Notes: a model not told the origin generated them from the sequence alone. Positions 19,750-30,335 are shown, numbered from the stretch's first letter. The stretch: 45,819 nt of DNA from Bacteroidia bacterium (GCA_026391215.1 JAPLDX010000018.1:1-45819), one strand, 5' to 3'. Numbers and translations are program-made.

Positions 19750-20927
19750 AAATCACCATGACAGATCTCAACGATTATTTTAATCCCGTCAGTATCGAAG
19801 GTCCTGGATTTGAACACCTGGCCAGACAGGCATGCTTCCCTCATAATATATTCGTGAATACCGAAAGCGTATCGATTAAAGATATCAACAAATATAAAAT
19901 AGCGCTGTTCGGGGTTCCCGAAGGAAGAAATTCTCCCGGAACAGGGACAATGAAGGGCCCTGACAGTATCCGGGGACAGCTTTACAGGTTGTCTAGGATA
20001 CCGGGAAAATCAAAGATCATTGACCTTGGAAATATGAAGCAGGGAGTTACCTTCAATGATACGATTGCAGGACTTACTGATATTCTCTGCTGGCTCATCG
20101 GTGAAGATATTTTCCCTGTGATCATAGGCGGAAGCAGCGCCCTGATAACTGCAATTGACGGTGCTATGTCAAGGTTGAAAACAAAGTATTCCCTCCTTGC
20201 GGTTGATCCGAGGATTGATCTTATTAATGAAAAAAAAGAGGCAGATTCTTTTAACTACCTCTATAATCTTATTCATAACCATAAAAGCTTTCTTGATCAT
20301 TATATCAATATAGGGTATCAGACATATCTTAATGATCAGCAGGTTATTAACCGGTTTCTGAAGCGCAAGTCAGAGATTATCAGGATAGGTGATGTGAGAA
20401 AGGCTATTTACCTTACCGAACCTTTTTTCAGAGACTCGCATGTAGCTGTTTTTGATATTTCAGCAGTCAGGCAATCAGATGCTCCCGGAACCATAAGTCC
20501 TTCTCCCAATGGCTTTTACGGAGAAGAGATCTGTCTGCTTGCAAGATATGCTGGCATATCCGACAACCTGAAAGTATTCGGTCTGTTTGATGTAAATCCG
20601 GATTTTGATATAAGGGCCCAGACTTCCGGTCTGGCAGCACAGATACTGTGGTTTTTCCTTGAAGGATTTTCACAGAAGCAGTATGAAGCTCCTGTTTTAA
20701 GCAATACTAATTCCGGAAGATTTATAAAATATCATGTAAGAATAACGGATCTTGATGAGGATCTTATTTTCGTGAAAAGCAATCTGACAGACAGATGGTG
20801 GATGGAATTGCCGGCCGGGGCCGACAGGAACATCTATATTGCCTGTTCTCATGAGGACTATCTTAAAGCCAACCGGAATGAAGTGCCTGAACGATGGATG
20901 CAGGGATATGAAAGGCTTAAATCATAA
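19746..20927 (+). CDS. Arginase/formimidoylglutamase-fold protein with degenerate metal site
   Basis: GP..IR.QLY, IIDLGN, IGYQTY and SPNGFYGEE motifs, with C-terminal KS..TDRWW and C..EDY. The canonical GGDH and DAHxD motifs read GGSS and DPRID here. Confidence 0.8.
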   Translation: MKITMTDLNDYFNPVSIEGPGFEHLARQACFPHNIFVNTESVSIKDINKYKIALFGVPEGRNSPGTGTMKGPDSIRGQLYRLSRIPGKSKIIDLGNMKQGVTFNDTIAGLTDILCWLIGEDIFPVIIGGSSALITAIDGAMSRLKTKYSLLAVDPRIDLINEKKEADSFNYLYNLIHNHKSFLDHYINIGYQTYLNDQQVINRFLKRKSEIIRIGDVRKAIYLTEPFFRDSHVAVFDISAVRQSDAPGTISPSPNGFYGEEICLLARYAGISDNLKVFGLFDVNPDFDIRAQTSGLAAQILWFFLEGFSQKQYEAPVLSNTNSGRFIKYHVRITDLDEDLIFVKSNLTDRWWMELPAGADRNIYIACSHEDYLKANRNEVPERWMQGYERLKS

Positions 20928-21031
20928 ATGCTCACTGGTTTCTGCTGTTTATCATCAGTACGGTACTGTTCATCATTTCATAAGGATATACTCATCAAAA
21001 CGATATTTTTTTAACACTAAATAAATAAAAG

Positions 21032-21039
21032 TATATTTG
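21032..21039 (+). promoter_or_regulatory. -7 element (TATATTTG) upstream of porP-gldKLMN
   Basis: TAnnTTTG match in the AT-rich spacer. Confidence 0.5.
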
Positions 21040-21106
21040 TTTACGTTTTATATTTTTATTTATTTTACTGATTCTGTTCACCCATATTGCATCTGCCATA
21101 AAAGAA

Positions 21107-22063
21107 ATGAAAAAACTACTTATTGCATTTCTTTTTTTAATCATGATACCCTGTGTCGTTATGTCACAGCAGGATCCGCTTTCTAGTCATTATATGTTTA
21201 ACACAATGACCTATAATCCGGGTATTGCAGGCACTTCAGGAATGATTTGTGCGACAGCCCTGAACAGGCAGCAATGGCTTGGATTTGAAGGTGCTCCATC
21301 GACAACCGTTTTTCATATTACCGCACCTATTTCCCCTTTCAGGATCAAAAGCGGTGTTGGACTTTTAATTGTAAGTGATAATATTGGCTTTGACAAGGAT
21401 ATAAATATCTCAGGTTCATATTCATATCTGATGGAACTGGGTATGGGAAAGCTGGGTCTCGGGATAAACCTCGGAATAATAAATAAGTCCCTTGAGCCGA
21501 GCTGGTACATACCACCCGGGGATGGATTCACCCAACCCAATGAGGATCCACTGATACCGGTAAATAAAGAAAGTGTAATAGCGTTTGATGCCGGGATCGG
21601 GGCATACTATACGACAGATAAATACTATGCCGCTGTTTCTGTCACTCATATTAACCAGCCTAAAATTAAATTCACAAAAGACAATTCTTCTGCTGTGAGC
21701 TATATCAGCAGGCATTATTACCTGACCGGTGGGTATACCGTTCAGCTGTCTAATCCTTCATTCGAGCTGCTGCCCTCGGTATTTGCGTTCAGTGATGGCA
21801 AGGTTGTCCAGTTCAATGTAACGTCCCTGGTGCGATACAATAAAAAGATATGGGGTGGCGTTTCCTACAGAGCCGGTGATGCTTTGATTGGCATGGTTGG
21901 CTTTGAGCTTTATAACGGGATACGGATTGGTTATGCTTATGATTTTCCCTTGTCGGATATAAGGAAAAACACAAGCGGATCGCATGAATTTATGGTGAAC
22001 TATTGTTTTGACCTCAGTCTCGGGAAAAGCCCGATGAAATATAAAAGTATCAGATTTTTATGA
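21107..22063 (+). CDS. porP: Type IX secretion system PorP/SprF family membrane protein
   Basis: Signal peptide then QQDP.SSHYMFN..YNPG.AG, RQQWLGFEGAP, GYAYD and GSHEFM. Directly upstream of gldK. Confidence 0.92.
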   Translation: MKKLLIAFLFLIMIPCVVMSQQDPLSSHYMFNTMTYNPGIAGTSGMICATALNRQQWLGFEGAPSTTVFHITAPISPFRIKSGVGLLIVSDNIGFDKDINISGSYSYLMELGMGKLGLGINLGIINKSLEPSWYIPPGDGFTQPNEDPLIPVNKESVIAFDAGIGAYYTTDKYYAAVSVTHINQPKIKFTKDNSSAVSYISRHYYLTGGYTVQLSNPSFELLPSVFAFSDGKVVQFNVTSLVRYNKKIWGGVSYRAGDALIGMVGFELYNGIRIGYAYDFPLSDIRKNTSGSHEFMVNYCFDLSLGKSPMKYKSIRFL

Positions 22064-22110
22064 TTATTTAAAAAAAAATACCTTACTTGCAATATAAATT
22101 ATTGAAAAAT

Positions 22111-23457
22111 ATGAAAAAGGTTATCCTATCTGCCCTGATAATAATAATCTTGTTGAGCGGGTGCGGTTCTTCAAATACTGGTGAGCTAACCGGTGTGCTG
22201 GGAAGGAAGAAGTTTTTTGAACCGGTCCCCATGGAAATGGCATTTATACCTGCCGGAAGTTTCGTAATGGGCCCCAGCGACCAGGATGCCGTATTTGCGA
22301 TGAACAGCCTTTCAAAGTCTGTGACGGTTGATGCTTTCTGGATGGACCAGACGGAAATAACAAATAATAAATACCGCCAATTTGTATACTGGGTTCGTGA
22401 TTCAATCCTCAGAACAAAGCTTGGCGAGGCAGGAATAGCTGAAAGGGAATATTTCCTTGTTGACGAAGAGGGCAATGTAATTGAACCAAATGTCATTAAC
22501 TGGGAAGAAAAAATTGATCCGGAAGAAGAAACAACGAAAGGAATTATCGAAGAGATGTATTATCCTCCCGAAGAAAGGTTCAACGGCAGAAAACAGTATG
22601 ATATACGCAAATTTAATTATTCCTATTTCTGGGTTGATTACCAGCAGGCTTCCAAATCAAGGTATGTCTATGATTATGAAAATAATACAGGGAAATATGA
22701 AGGACAGGTGACAAATCTTGACGGATCAAAGACTGACATTAAGGACCGTTCTTCATTTATCAAACACGTTATTATCAACATTTATCCTGATACTCTTTGC
22801 TGGATCAGGGATTTCACATATTCATTCAATGACCCGCAGGCAGATCTTTATTTCTGGCATCCTTCATTTGATGATTATCCTGTTGTAGGTGTAAACTGGC
22901 TGCAGGCAACGGCTTTCGGCAACTGGAGAACCGATTTTATGAATTCAGCCTTAAGGAAACAGGGTATTGTTGATGTTCAGAGATACAGACTCCCGCTTGA
23001 AACAGAATGGGAATACGCCGCAAGAGGAGCTCTTGACCTGTCAATGTACCCGTGGGGAGGTCCCTACACCAGAAATAATAAGGGTTGTTTCCTTGCTAAT
23101 TTTAAACCTTTGCGTGGTAACTACGTTGATGACGGAAATGTATATTCAGGGAAAGTGGCATCATACCTCCCCAATGAATACGGTCTTTTTGATATGGCCG
23201 GTAACGTTTCTGAATGGACCTGCGGAGCATATCATCCCTCAGCATATATCTTCCAGCATGACCTCCAGCCTAACTATGAGTATAATGCAACACCCCAGGA
23301 TCCTCCTGTGATGAAACGAAAGGTTATCCGCGGCGGTTCCTGGAAAGACATATCATATTTCCTTCAGACAAGTACCAGAGACTATGAATATCAGGATTCG
23401 ACCAAACCATATGTCGGATTCCGTAATGTAAGATCTTATATCGGAGCAGAAATTTAA
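22111..23457 (+). CDS. gldK: T9SS/gliding lipoprotein GldK/PorK
   Basis: Lipobox LLSGC and SUMF1/FGE-like motifs (TEITN..YRQFV.WVRDS, YPVVGV, RLP.E.EWEYAARG, MAGNVSEW, RGGSW). The ATG at 22111 is preferred to the TTG at 22087. Confidence 0.93.
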   Translation: MKKVILSALIIIILLSGCGSSNTGELTGVLGRKKFFEPVPMEMAFIPAGSFVMGPSDQDAVFAMNSLSKSVTVDAFWMDQTEITNNKYRQFVYWVRDSILRTKLGEAGIAEREYFLVDEEGNVIEPNVINWEEKIDPEEETTKGIIEEMYYPPEERFNGRKQYDIRKFNYSYFWVDYQQASKSRYVYDYENNTGKYEGQVTNLDGSKTDIKDRSSFIKHVIINIYPDTLCWIRDFTYSFNDPQADLYFWHPSFDDYPVVGVNWLQATAFGNWRTDFMNSALRKQGIVDVQRYRLPLETEWEYAARGALDLSMYPWGGPYTRNNKGCFLANFKPLRGNYVDDGNVYSGKVASYLPNEYGLFDMAGNVSEWTCGAYHPSAYIFQHDLQPNYEYNATPQDPPVMKRKVIRGGSWKDISYFLQTSTRDYEYQDSTKPYVGFRNVRSYIGAEI

Positions 23458-23485
23458 TTGAAATAACCCTTAAATAATCTTGTAT

Positions 23486-24385
23486 ATGAGCCTAGCAGAA
23501 TTAGTTCAAAGCAGCGGATGGAAGAATATGATCGCAAAACTCTATGGTTTGGGTGCTTCCGTCGTTATTATCGGTGCATTGTTTAAAATACAGCACTGGC
23601 CATTGGCTAGCTTAATGCTCACCGTTGGACTGTTAACAGAAGCTGTTATTTTCTTCTTTTCAGCATTTGAACCCTTGCATGAAGAGATTGACTGGACTCT
23701 GGTTTATCCGGAACTTGCCGGAATTCCCGAGGAAGGCGAAGAGCTGCCGGCTGGCGGCACCGGAAAGCATCGTGATGCTATTGGCAGAGGCGTTGTCGGC
23801 GGTGGCGGCGGATACGGCGGAGGTGCAGGTTCCGCAGCACTGGCAAAGTTCGATGAGATGCTTGAAAAATCAGAGATCACCCCTGACCTGTTCAAGAATC
23901 TCGGTGTAGGAATGAAAAAGCTCAGCGAAACGACTGCCAACATGAATGCTATGGGCGATGTTACTGCTGCTTCTACAAAGTATGCGAACTCTATTGGTAC
24001 AGCCACTGACTCGCTTGGCAAGCTTACAGAATCTTATCAGGTAACAACCAAGGCAATTAATGAAACCGGTTCAACATACAAGAATATGGCTGATTCGTTT
24101 TCAATAATTGAAGTCGGAGGAAAATCTTACCAGCAGCAGCTGGAAACGCTTAATAAAAACCTTTCTGCCCTGAATGCTGTTTATGAACTGCAGAAAAAAG
24201 GAGCAGATGACCATCTTAAAGAATCCGATGCTCTTTATAAAGGCATTCAGGGCCTGATGAAAGATCTTACCGATTCGTCAGGTGACACCAAAAAATACCG
24301 TGAACAGATTACCAAGCTTAACGATAATCTGTCGGCTCTGAATAGTGTTTATGGAAATATGCTTGCTGCTATGAATGTTAAATAA
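23486..24385 (+). CDS. gldL: T9SS/gliding motor subunit GldL/PorL
   Basis: YGLGASVVIIGALFKIQHW, TEAVIFFFSAFEP, DWTLVYPEL and C-terminal LNSVYGNMLAAM. Confidence 0.95.
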   Translation: MSLAELVQSSGWKNMIAKLYGLGASVVIIGALFKIQHWPLASLMLTVGLLTEAVIFFFSAFEPLHEEIDWTLVYPELAGIPEEGEELPAGGTGKHRDAIGRGVVGGGGGYGGGAGSAALAKFDEMLEKSEITPDLFKNLGVGMKKLSETTANMNAMGDVTAASTKYANSIGTATDSLGKLTESYQVTTKAINETGSTYKNMADSFSIIEVGGKSYQQQLETLNKNLSALNAVYELQKKGADDHLKESDALYKGIQGLMKDLTDSSGDTKKYREQITKLNDNLSALNSVYGNMLAAMNVK

Positions 24386-24422
24386 TACAGCATTTGTTTT
24401 ACTTATTTAAACTACCCGTAAA

Positions 24423-26024
24423 ATGGCTCACGAAAAGCTATCTCCGCGACAAAAGATGATTGGTATGATGTACCTGGTGCTTACAGCCATGCTTGCACTT
24501 AACGTCTCAAAGGATGCCGTGGAGGCATTTAAAAAGGTTGATAAGGGTCTGACTCTTACCGTTAGGAATTACGAATTGAAGAATAACCTCATATATGCTG
24601 ATTTTGACAGGGCCGCTGCAGAAAATCCCACTAAAGCAGGAAAATACAGAACGACTGCATATGAAGTAAAGCAACGCGCTGATGAATTGTTTGAATACCT
24701 CAATGGGCTTAAGTTATCGATCGTCACAGAGGCTGAAGGTCCGGAATTTCATGCTCTCAAAAATGGCATTGTAGTAATTGATTCCGTAAAAAAGATTGAT
24801 GAAATAAACATCCCTACCCAGATTCTTATTGGCGATGACGAGACCGGACTTGCCTTCAGGCTTAAGACCATGATAATCGATTACCGCGAATTCCTTATCG
24901 CAACACTCGAAGGAGGCAACCTGACTGCCGAAAATGCAATACGCAACAGTCTTAGTACCGAAGATGGCTTTGATACAAGTGGCGCTCCGGAAAAATGGGA
25001 ACTCGTCCAGTTCTATCATCTCCCGCTCGTTGCCTGTATAACCATGCTTTCAAAAATGCAGGTTGATATAAGAAACGCAGAAACAGAAGTCCTTAATTAC
25101 CTTTATACACAGATTGATGCATCCTCATTTAAGTTTAACAAGCTCAATGCGATCGTAATTCCAAAATCAGATTATGTGACACTGGGTGATACCTATGAGG
25201 CAACTGTATTCATCTCCGCTACCGATACAACAGTACAGCCTGAAATAAAAGTCGGAGAACAGATCCTTCCTCTGGACGAAACCAACAAAGGTGTTTACAC
25301 TGCACGTGCATCTTCACTTGGCTCGCATCCATGGGGTGGTATTATTTCATTGAAAGCGCCTGACGGAACTATTAAGCCTTATCCTTTCAATACTTCATAT
25401 TTTGTTGGTGAACCAAATGTTGTTGTTTCGCCTACTGCAATGAATGTAATGTACAAAGGTCTTGATAACCCGATTGATGTTTCTGTACCTGGTGTAAATC
25501 CTGACAGAATTAGTATCAAGGTTAATAACGGTACTTATGCCAAGAAAAGGATTCAGAATGCCAGGGGTGAGTTTTTCAGGGGCAACTGGGCAGTCAGCCC
25601 TGACCAGGTCGGTAAAAATGTTCAGGTTGTTGTTACAACGCAGGATGCAAACGGAAAAGCCACAAGCCATCCGCCTATCGAGTTCAGGGTAAAACCTCTT
25701 CCTACTCCTATTGCCAGCTTTGGCGGAAAATCATCAGGAAAGATCTCAAAAGCAGAAGCTCTTTCACAACAAGGCGTTTTTGCATCAATGGGGGCTGATT
25801 TTGACTTTGAACTCAAATATGATATATTGGGATTTACAGTTTCTTACTTCGACAGAGGCGCTGACAGGGTTGCAGACAGTAATAACTGGAAACTGACAGA
25901 GCAGCAAAAAACTATTGTCGGCGCTGTTACACGAGGCAGAGATCTTACGATAAAAAACATAAGAGCAAAGGGTCCTGATGGAGTACCAAGGGACCTTGGA
26001 GCAATAGTACTGACAATAGATTAA
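24423..26024 (+). CDS. gldM: T9SS/gliding motor subunit GldM/PorM
   Basis: PRQKMIGMMYLVLTAMLALNVS, MNVMYKGLDNPIDVSVPG and FRVKPLP motifs. Confidence 0.95.
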   Translation: MAHEKLSPRQKMIGMMYLVLTAMLALNVSKDAVEAFKKVDKGLTLTVRNYELKNNLIYADFDRAAAENPTKAGKYRTTAYEVKQRADELFEYLNGLKLSIVTEAEGPEFHALKNGIVVIDSVKKIDEINIPTQILIGDDETGLAFRLKTMIIDYREFLIATLEGGNLTAENAIRNSLSTEDGFDTSGAPEKWELVQFYHLPLVACITMLSKMQVDIRNAETEVLNYLYTQIDASSFKFNKLNAIVIPKSDYVTLGDTYEATVFISATDTTVQPEIKVGEQILPLDETNKGVYTARASSLGSHPWGGIISLKAPDGTIKPYPFNTSYFVGEPNVVVSPTAMNVMYKGLDNPIDVSVPGVNPDRISIKVNNGTYAKKRIQNARGEFFRGNWAVSPDQVGKNVQVVVTTQDANGKATSHPPIEFRVKPLPTPIASFGGKSSGKISKAEALSQQGVFASMGADFDFELKYDILGFTVSYFDRGADRVADSNNWKLTEQQKTIVGAVTRGRDLTIKNIRAKGPDGVPRDLGAIVLTID

Positions 26025-26054
26025 TCCGTTCAAAATAAAATAAATGTACCAGTG

Positions 26055-26882
26055 ATGAAGAAAATAGTATTGGGAATTATCGCCCTGACATTTATTGCCG
26101 GACTGGCAAGAGGACAGTCTTCTTTCGGTGATATTTACCAGAAATCAATACCGGATGCAAAAAAGATAAGTTATCCATACCTGAGGGAAGCTGAGGTTAT
26201 ATGGTCAAAAAAATATACCCGTTTAATAGACCTTAGGGAAAAGGTAAATCAGTCGCTCTATTATCCGACAATAAAATTAAACGACGGCAGAGAGAATTTT
26301 GTCAGCCTGTTACTTAATGAGGTTAAATCCGGAAGAGTTAATGTTTATGACTTTTACGATATTTCTGTGCCCAGAACTTATGACGATATTAGTAAAAATA
26401 TGGGCGCCAGGGAAAGAACAATCCAGGTACAGATTGATGCATTTGGTGGTACCAGGGACTCATTGATAAAAGACCCAGCTAAACCTGAAGACATAAAACA
26501 ATTAATGCTTTATGAAGAGTGGTATTTTGATAAAAAGCTCTCTAAACTTGATGTCAGGATTATTGCCATTTGTCCGGTTTATATGGGGATAGATCCTCAA
26601 ACCAGCCAACCGACCAGGGTTTATCTCGGGTGGGTCAAGTTCGACGAAATGAGGGATCTTCTTGCATCTAAGGAAGCATTTACATCAAATAATGATGCAC
26701 AGAGAATTTCCTATGATGATTTCTTCATGCAGAGAAGATTCAGCAGCATATTTTATGGTGAATCCAATGTATTTAATGACAGAATGATCAACGAATATTC
26801 AGTTGGCAGATCAACACTTTTTGAAGCCGAACGAATAAAGACAGAGCTTTTCAATTTTGAACATGACCTTTGGGAATACTAG
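26055..26882 (+). CDS. gldN: T9SS/gliding protein GldN/PorN
   Basis: [37 protein letters not shown] and C-terminal FEHDLWEY. Confidence 0.93.
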   Translation: MKKIVLGIIALTFIAGLARGQSSFGDIYQKSIPDAKKISYPYLREAEVIWSKKYTRLIDLREKVNQSLYYPTIKLNDGRENFVSLLLNEVKSGRVNVYDFYDISVPRTYDDISKNMGARERTIQVQIDAFGGTRDSLIKDPAKPEDIKQLMLYEEWYFDKKLSKLDVRIIAICPVYMGIDPQTSQPTRVYLGWVKFDEMRDLLASKEAFTSNNDAQRISYDDFFMQRRFSSIFYGESNVFNDRMINEYSVGRSTLFEAERIKTELFNFEHDLWEY

Positions 26883-26889
26883 AAATATG

Positions 26890-26922
26890 AAAGAGGCGGT
26901 TTTGTACCGCCTCTTTTTTTTT
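26890..26922 (+). terminator. Intrinsic terminator after gldN (possibly bidirectional)
   Basis: Stem aaagaggcggt/accgcctcttt with a 5-nt loop and a T9 tract. Confidence 0.85.
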
Positions 26923-26927
26923 ATTCT

Positions 26928-28097
26928 CTACTTAATAAGGTACCATAGCTTCCCTAACCTGTGCGGATAATAAAGAATCGCTTTCCATCCACTGCTGCAA
27001 TTATACCTCTTTTTCATGAAACTAATTGAAGGGAAAAGATCCCCCAGGAGGAAAAGCATCTTTCTGTGAATTCCCGGAATCTCCTTCAACGTATTCCTGT
27101 ATGGTAATGCCTTATCAGGAGAAGGATTATTTTTCGGGCATTTTAGGAAGGATACAAACTTTTCAGCTGAATCAGGATTATGCCATTTTTCAATAAAACC
27201 ATCAAAAAATCCAGGGAAAGTTATTCCCCAGAAATCTCTCAGGATTTCAAGCTTCCCTGTAATTATTTCACTGATACCTGCCTGATCGGCTAACCCTGGC
27301 AGATCTTTGTTTATGATCTCATTCCTGAACCTGTCAAGCAGGACAACGAGATCGGTATAAAGCCGTAATTGTGATTCGTTGTTCATTTCATGGTAATGGA
27401 GATGTTTTACGAGGTAAAGAAATAAAAGCTTTGCTTTCGGGATATAAGTCCGCTCCCCGTTAATTTCTGTTTCAAAAGTGTCTTCATATAGCATTTTTGT
27501 CAGATCGTTTTTCCCGGCGCCGAAAAGCTCATGATGTATCTCTATTGAAAATCCGTTTTTAAGAAGTGAAGGCAGATGCTTCCCGGTATGCGTAATAATA
27601 AGATTATGAAAGTAAGACTTAACAGGCAGTGATTCAAATCCATCAGCCATCAGAAGCTCTCGTGCTTTTATACAGTTCTCCTTTGAGATAAGAACATCCA
27701 CATCTGTCATCTGCCGCAGCCCTTTATTCCCATAGACTGACATTTCAAGAGCCAGCCCCTTCAGAAGTACTGTTTTAATACCTGCCTTGTTCAGCAGATT
27801 CAGAACTCCTTTCATTTCACACATGTGTCTGGTATTCCTGGTAAGGCTCAGCATCAGGATGTTATGAAGAAATTTGGCTATCTCCTCTGGTATATACCGG
27901 AGAAATCCCAGCTCTTCGAGATTATGATATGCAAGTGCTCCCACTCCGTGTGCATTGGCAAGATCAGCAAAATATTTCCAGTCAACTGTTCCTGATACAC
28001 GGGTTTTTAATTTTTCTGTATGTTCACTGGAGAATTCAAGCCGGCATAACCCGATAAGCAATATCTCTTCGTTCCTTATAATAAGGTTATTGTTCAT
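26928..28097 (-). CDS. Nucleotidyltransferase family protein (NTP_transf_5-like)
   Basis: W......A..HGV, LLKGLAL...YG...LRQMTDVDVL (DxD), IEIHH, H...H and LRLYTD motifs. Confidence 0.85.
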   Translation of the reverse strand: MNNNLIIRNEEILLIGLCRLEFSSEHTEKLKTRVSGTVDWKYFADLANAHGVGALAYHNLEELGFLRYIPEEIAKFLHNILMLSLTRNTRHMCEMKGVLNLLNKAGIKTVLLKGLALEMSVYGNKGLRQMTDVDVLISKENCIKARELLMADGFESLPVKSYFHNLIITHTGKHLPSLLKNGFSIEIHHELFGAGKNDLTKMLYEDTFETEINGERTYIPKAKLLFLYLVKHLHYHEMNNESQLRLYTDLVVLLDRFRNEIINKDLPGLADQAGISEIITGKLEILRDFWGITFPGFFDGFIEKWHNPDSAEKFVSFLKCPKNNPSPDKALPYRNTLKEIPGIHRKMLFLLGDLFPSISFMKKRYNCSSGWKAILYYPHRLGKLWYLIK

Positions 28098-29881
28098 CTG
28101 GTAAATCTGCTCGTCTGTTTCGAGTACATGTTAAAGTACATTCCGCCCATCTTCATCAGCTCATCATGTGTCCCGGATTCAATAATCTTTCCCTTATCAA
28201 GCACCATGATCCTGTCAGCCAGGCTCACGTTGCTGAACCTGTGGCTGATAAGGATTGTGGTCCGTCCTTTTACAATGTTCCTGAACCTGCTGAAAATATC
28301 AAATTCAGTATCCGCATCGAGGGCGCTTGAGGGTTCATCGAGTATAAGTACCGGGGCGTCCCTGAAAAGAGCCCTGGCGAGAGCCAGCTTCTGCCATTCA
28401 CCCCAGCTGAGTTCGCGGCTGTCGTCAAATAGATTTCCTATTAAAGTGGAATATCCGTTCGGAAGATTCCTGATAAGATCATTTATACCGGTGATTGATG
28501 CGGCTGAACTTAGTTTCTCATCAGGATTTAATTCATCAATATTACCAAGCCTGATATTCTCTCCGGCATTAAGATTATAAAGCATAAAATCCTGGAATAC
28601 GACTGAGAAGAACTTCCTGTATTGCTCCGGATCCATATTCTTTATATCATTCCCGTCATATTTTATTGATCCTGAATCAGGGTCATATAGTCGGCAAAGA
28701 AGCCGTACAAGGGTGCTTTTCCCGGCGCCGTTCGGCCCTACCAAAGCCATTATTTCCCCTTTCTTTATCTCAAATGATATATTATCAATCGTACTGATTA
28801 GATTTCCAGGATAGGTAAAAGAAAGATTATCAGCAGAAATGCTCTTTTTAAGGGCTTCTGGCAAAACCACAGGCTGGACTGCCTGTATATTTTCCTTAAG
28901 GTTCAGAAACTCAAAGGTATCTCCAATAAAAAGAGAATCCTCGTAAAGTCCTGCCACAGAGCCAAGAAGATCTTTAATGCAGACCATACCCTGCCTGAAT
29001 GCCATAAGGAACATAGCCATCTGGCCCAGGGAAATTGTACCATCTACCGTACGGCTGGCAATGAACAAAAGAGTGACAAGGACGGCAGCTGCCTTGAAAA
29101 GATCGGATACAAGCTCTATTAAGGCTCGCTTTTTTACGATCCTTATCTCCTCTTCTTTAGTTTTCAGGAAAGATTTCCTGAAAAGTGAAATAAAATAATT
29201 CCCGAGTCCGAATAATCTGATCTCCCTTGAAGGGCGGTCGCCGGTCAGAAGCCAGTTAAAATAGGAGGTCTTCCTGGCTTCAGGAGTCTGCTGACGCTGA
29301 AAATTATAAAGTACTCCGGCATAATGCAGGCGGAGCCAGATTCCCGGGATATTGAAAACAAGAAGGAGCACTGCGATTGTCCAGTGGAGGGTTATAAGCA
29401 CTCCGGCCATAAGGATCAGCGACAGGAGTCCCCTGACCATTGAAACCAGGTTATTTAGTATACTGTTAGGCCGCCATGGAGCTTCCCTTGCAGCCCTGGC
29501 AAGACAATCAAAATATTCAGGTTTCTCAAAATTTATCAGGTCAAGTTTTACAGCTTTGGCATGAAGCAGATTATACATATATGCTTCGAGCTTCATTGAT
29601 TGTTTCTTGCGGACAAAATTGCCAAAGTCGGTAAAAGCTTCATCAAGGAACCAGACAATAACCACGGCTACGATGAGCCATATAATATTATCTATTGATG
29701 TTTGAGGTGCCTCCGATACAGCCCTGGTTATCCCATCTATCAAACCTTTCAGCAGCCATATCAGGACGAGCGGCAAAAAACTCCGTACAAGAGAAATGGA
29801 AAAGTTTGTCAGAGCCCAGCCCGGAGCACTTTGCCAGACAAGTTTAATGGCCTCCCTGAAGTATTTGATAGTCCGGTTCAT
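28094..29881 (-). CDS. ABC exporter, fused permease/ATPase (no C39 peptidase domain)
   Basis: N-terminal TM domain, Walker A GPNGAGKST, signature variant LSWGEWQ, Walker B LILDEP and ISHR switch. Confidence 0.93.
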   Translation of the reverse strand: MNRTIKYFREAIKLVWQSAPGWALTNFSISLVRSFLPLVLIWLLKGLIDGITRAVSEAPQTSIDNIIWLIVAVVIVWFLDEAFTDFGNFVRKKQSMKLEAYMYNLLHAKAVKLDLINFEKPEYFDCLARAAREAPWRPNSILNNLVSMVRGLLSLILMAGVLITLHWTIAVLLLVFNIPGIWLRLHYAGVLYNFQRQQTPEARKTSYFNWLLTGDRPSREIRLFGLGNYFISLFRKSFLKTKEEEIRIVKKRALIELVSDLFKAAAVLVTLLFIASRTVDGTISLGQMAMFLMAFRQGMVCIKDLLGSVAGLYEDSLFIGDTFEFLNLKENIQAVQPVVLPEALKKSISADNLSFTYPGNLISTIDNISFEIKKGEIMALVGPNGAGKSTLVRLLCRLYDPDSGSIKYDGNDIKNMDPEQYRKFFSVVFQDFMLYNLNAGENIRLGNIDELNPDEKLSSAASITGINDLIRNLPNGYSTLIGNLFDDSRELSWGEWQKLALARALFRDAPVLILDEPSSALDADTEFDIFSRFRNIVKGRTTILISHRFSNVSLADRIMVLDKGKIIESGTHDELMKMGGMYFNMYSKQTSRFTR

Positions 29882-29882
29882 A

Positions 29883-30335
29883 TTACCCTCTGTTTAATAC
29901 TTTCTTTAATCTGATTACAAACCAGACTAATAACCTGTTATAAAGATAATTGGGTTTACGGATAAGTTGATATCCGGATACTGTTCTTTTACCTGGTGCG
30001 CTTTCAACGCGGACAACTTTTCCCGCAACCTGATCTTTTAATACCGGCTGATCCTCATAAGCGCAGCTGTCGCCCCTGGTAATAAAGAATGTCTTACCCT
30101 CTTCACTGGTAATCCTTTTTAACCTGTGAACAACAAAACCTGCGTCTCTCTTCCATGATATGACTTCACCCGGAGCAGGATACTGATCATCAATAACAGG
30201 TTCTATATAAATTACAGATCCTGGTTTTATGGCAGGGTACATGCTGTAACCATCTGCTCTTATCCTGATGGTTTTACCCTCAGCCAGCAGAGAGAATCCA
30301 ACCTCCTTTACCATGTTATGATTGTCTCTGTTCAT
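29883..30335 (-). CDS. S24/S26-family (signal peptidase I-like) peptidase without membrane anchor
   Basis: GYSMYP (catalytic Ser), VVHR (His general base, SipW/ER type) and TRGD..D. No N-terminal hydrophobic helix. Start 30335 or 30314. Confidence 0.82.
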   Translation of the reverse strand: MNRDNHNMVKEVGFSLLAEGKTIRIRADGYSMYPAIKPGSVIYIEPVIDDQYPAPGEVISWKRDAGFVVHRLKRITSEEGKTFFITRGDSCAYEDQPVLKDQVAGKVVRVESAPGKRTVSGYQLIRKPNYLYNRLLVWFVIRLKKVLNRG

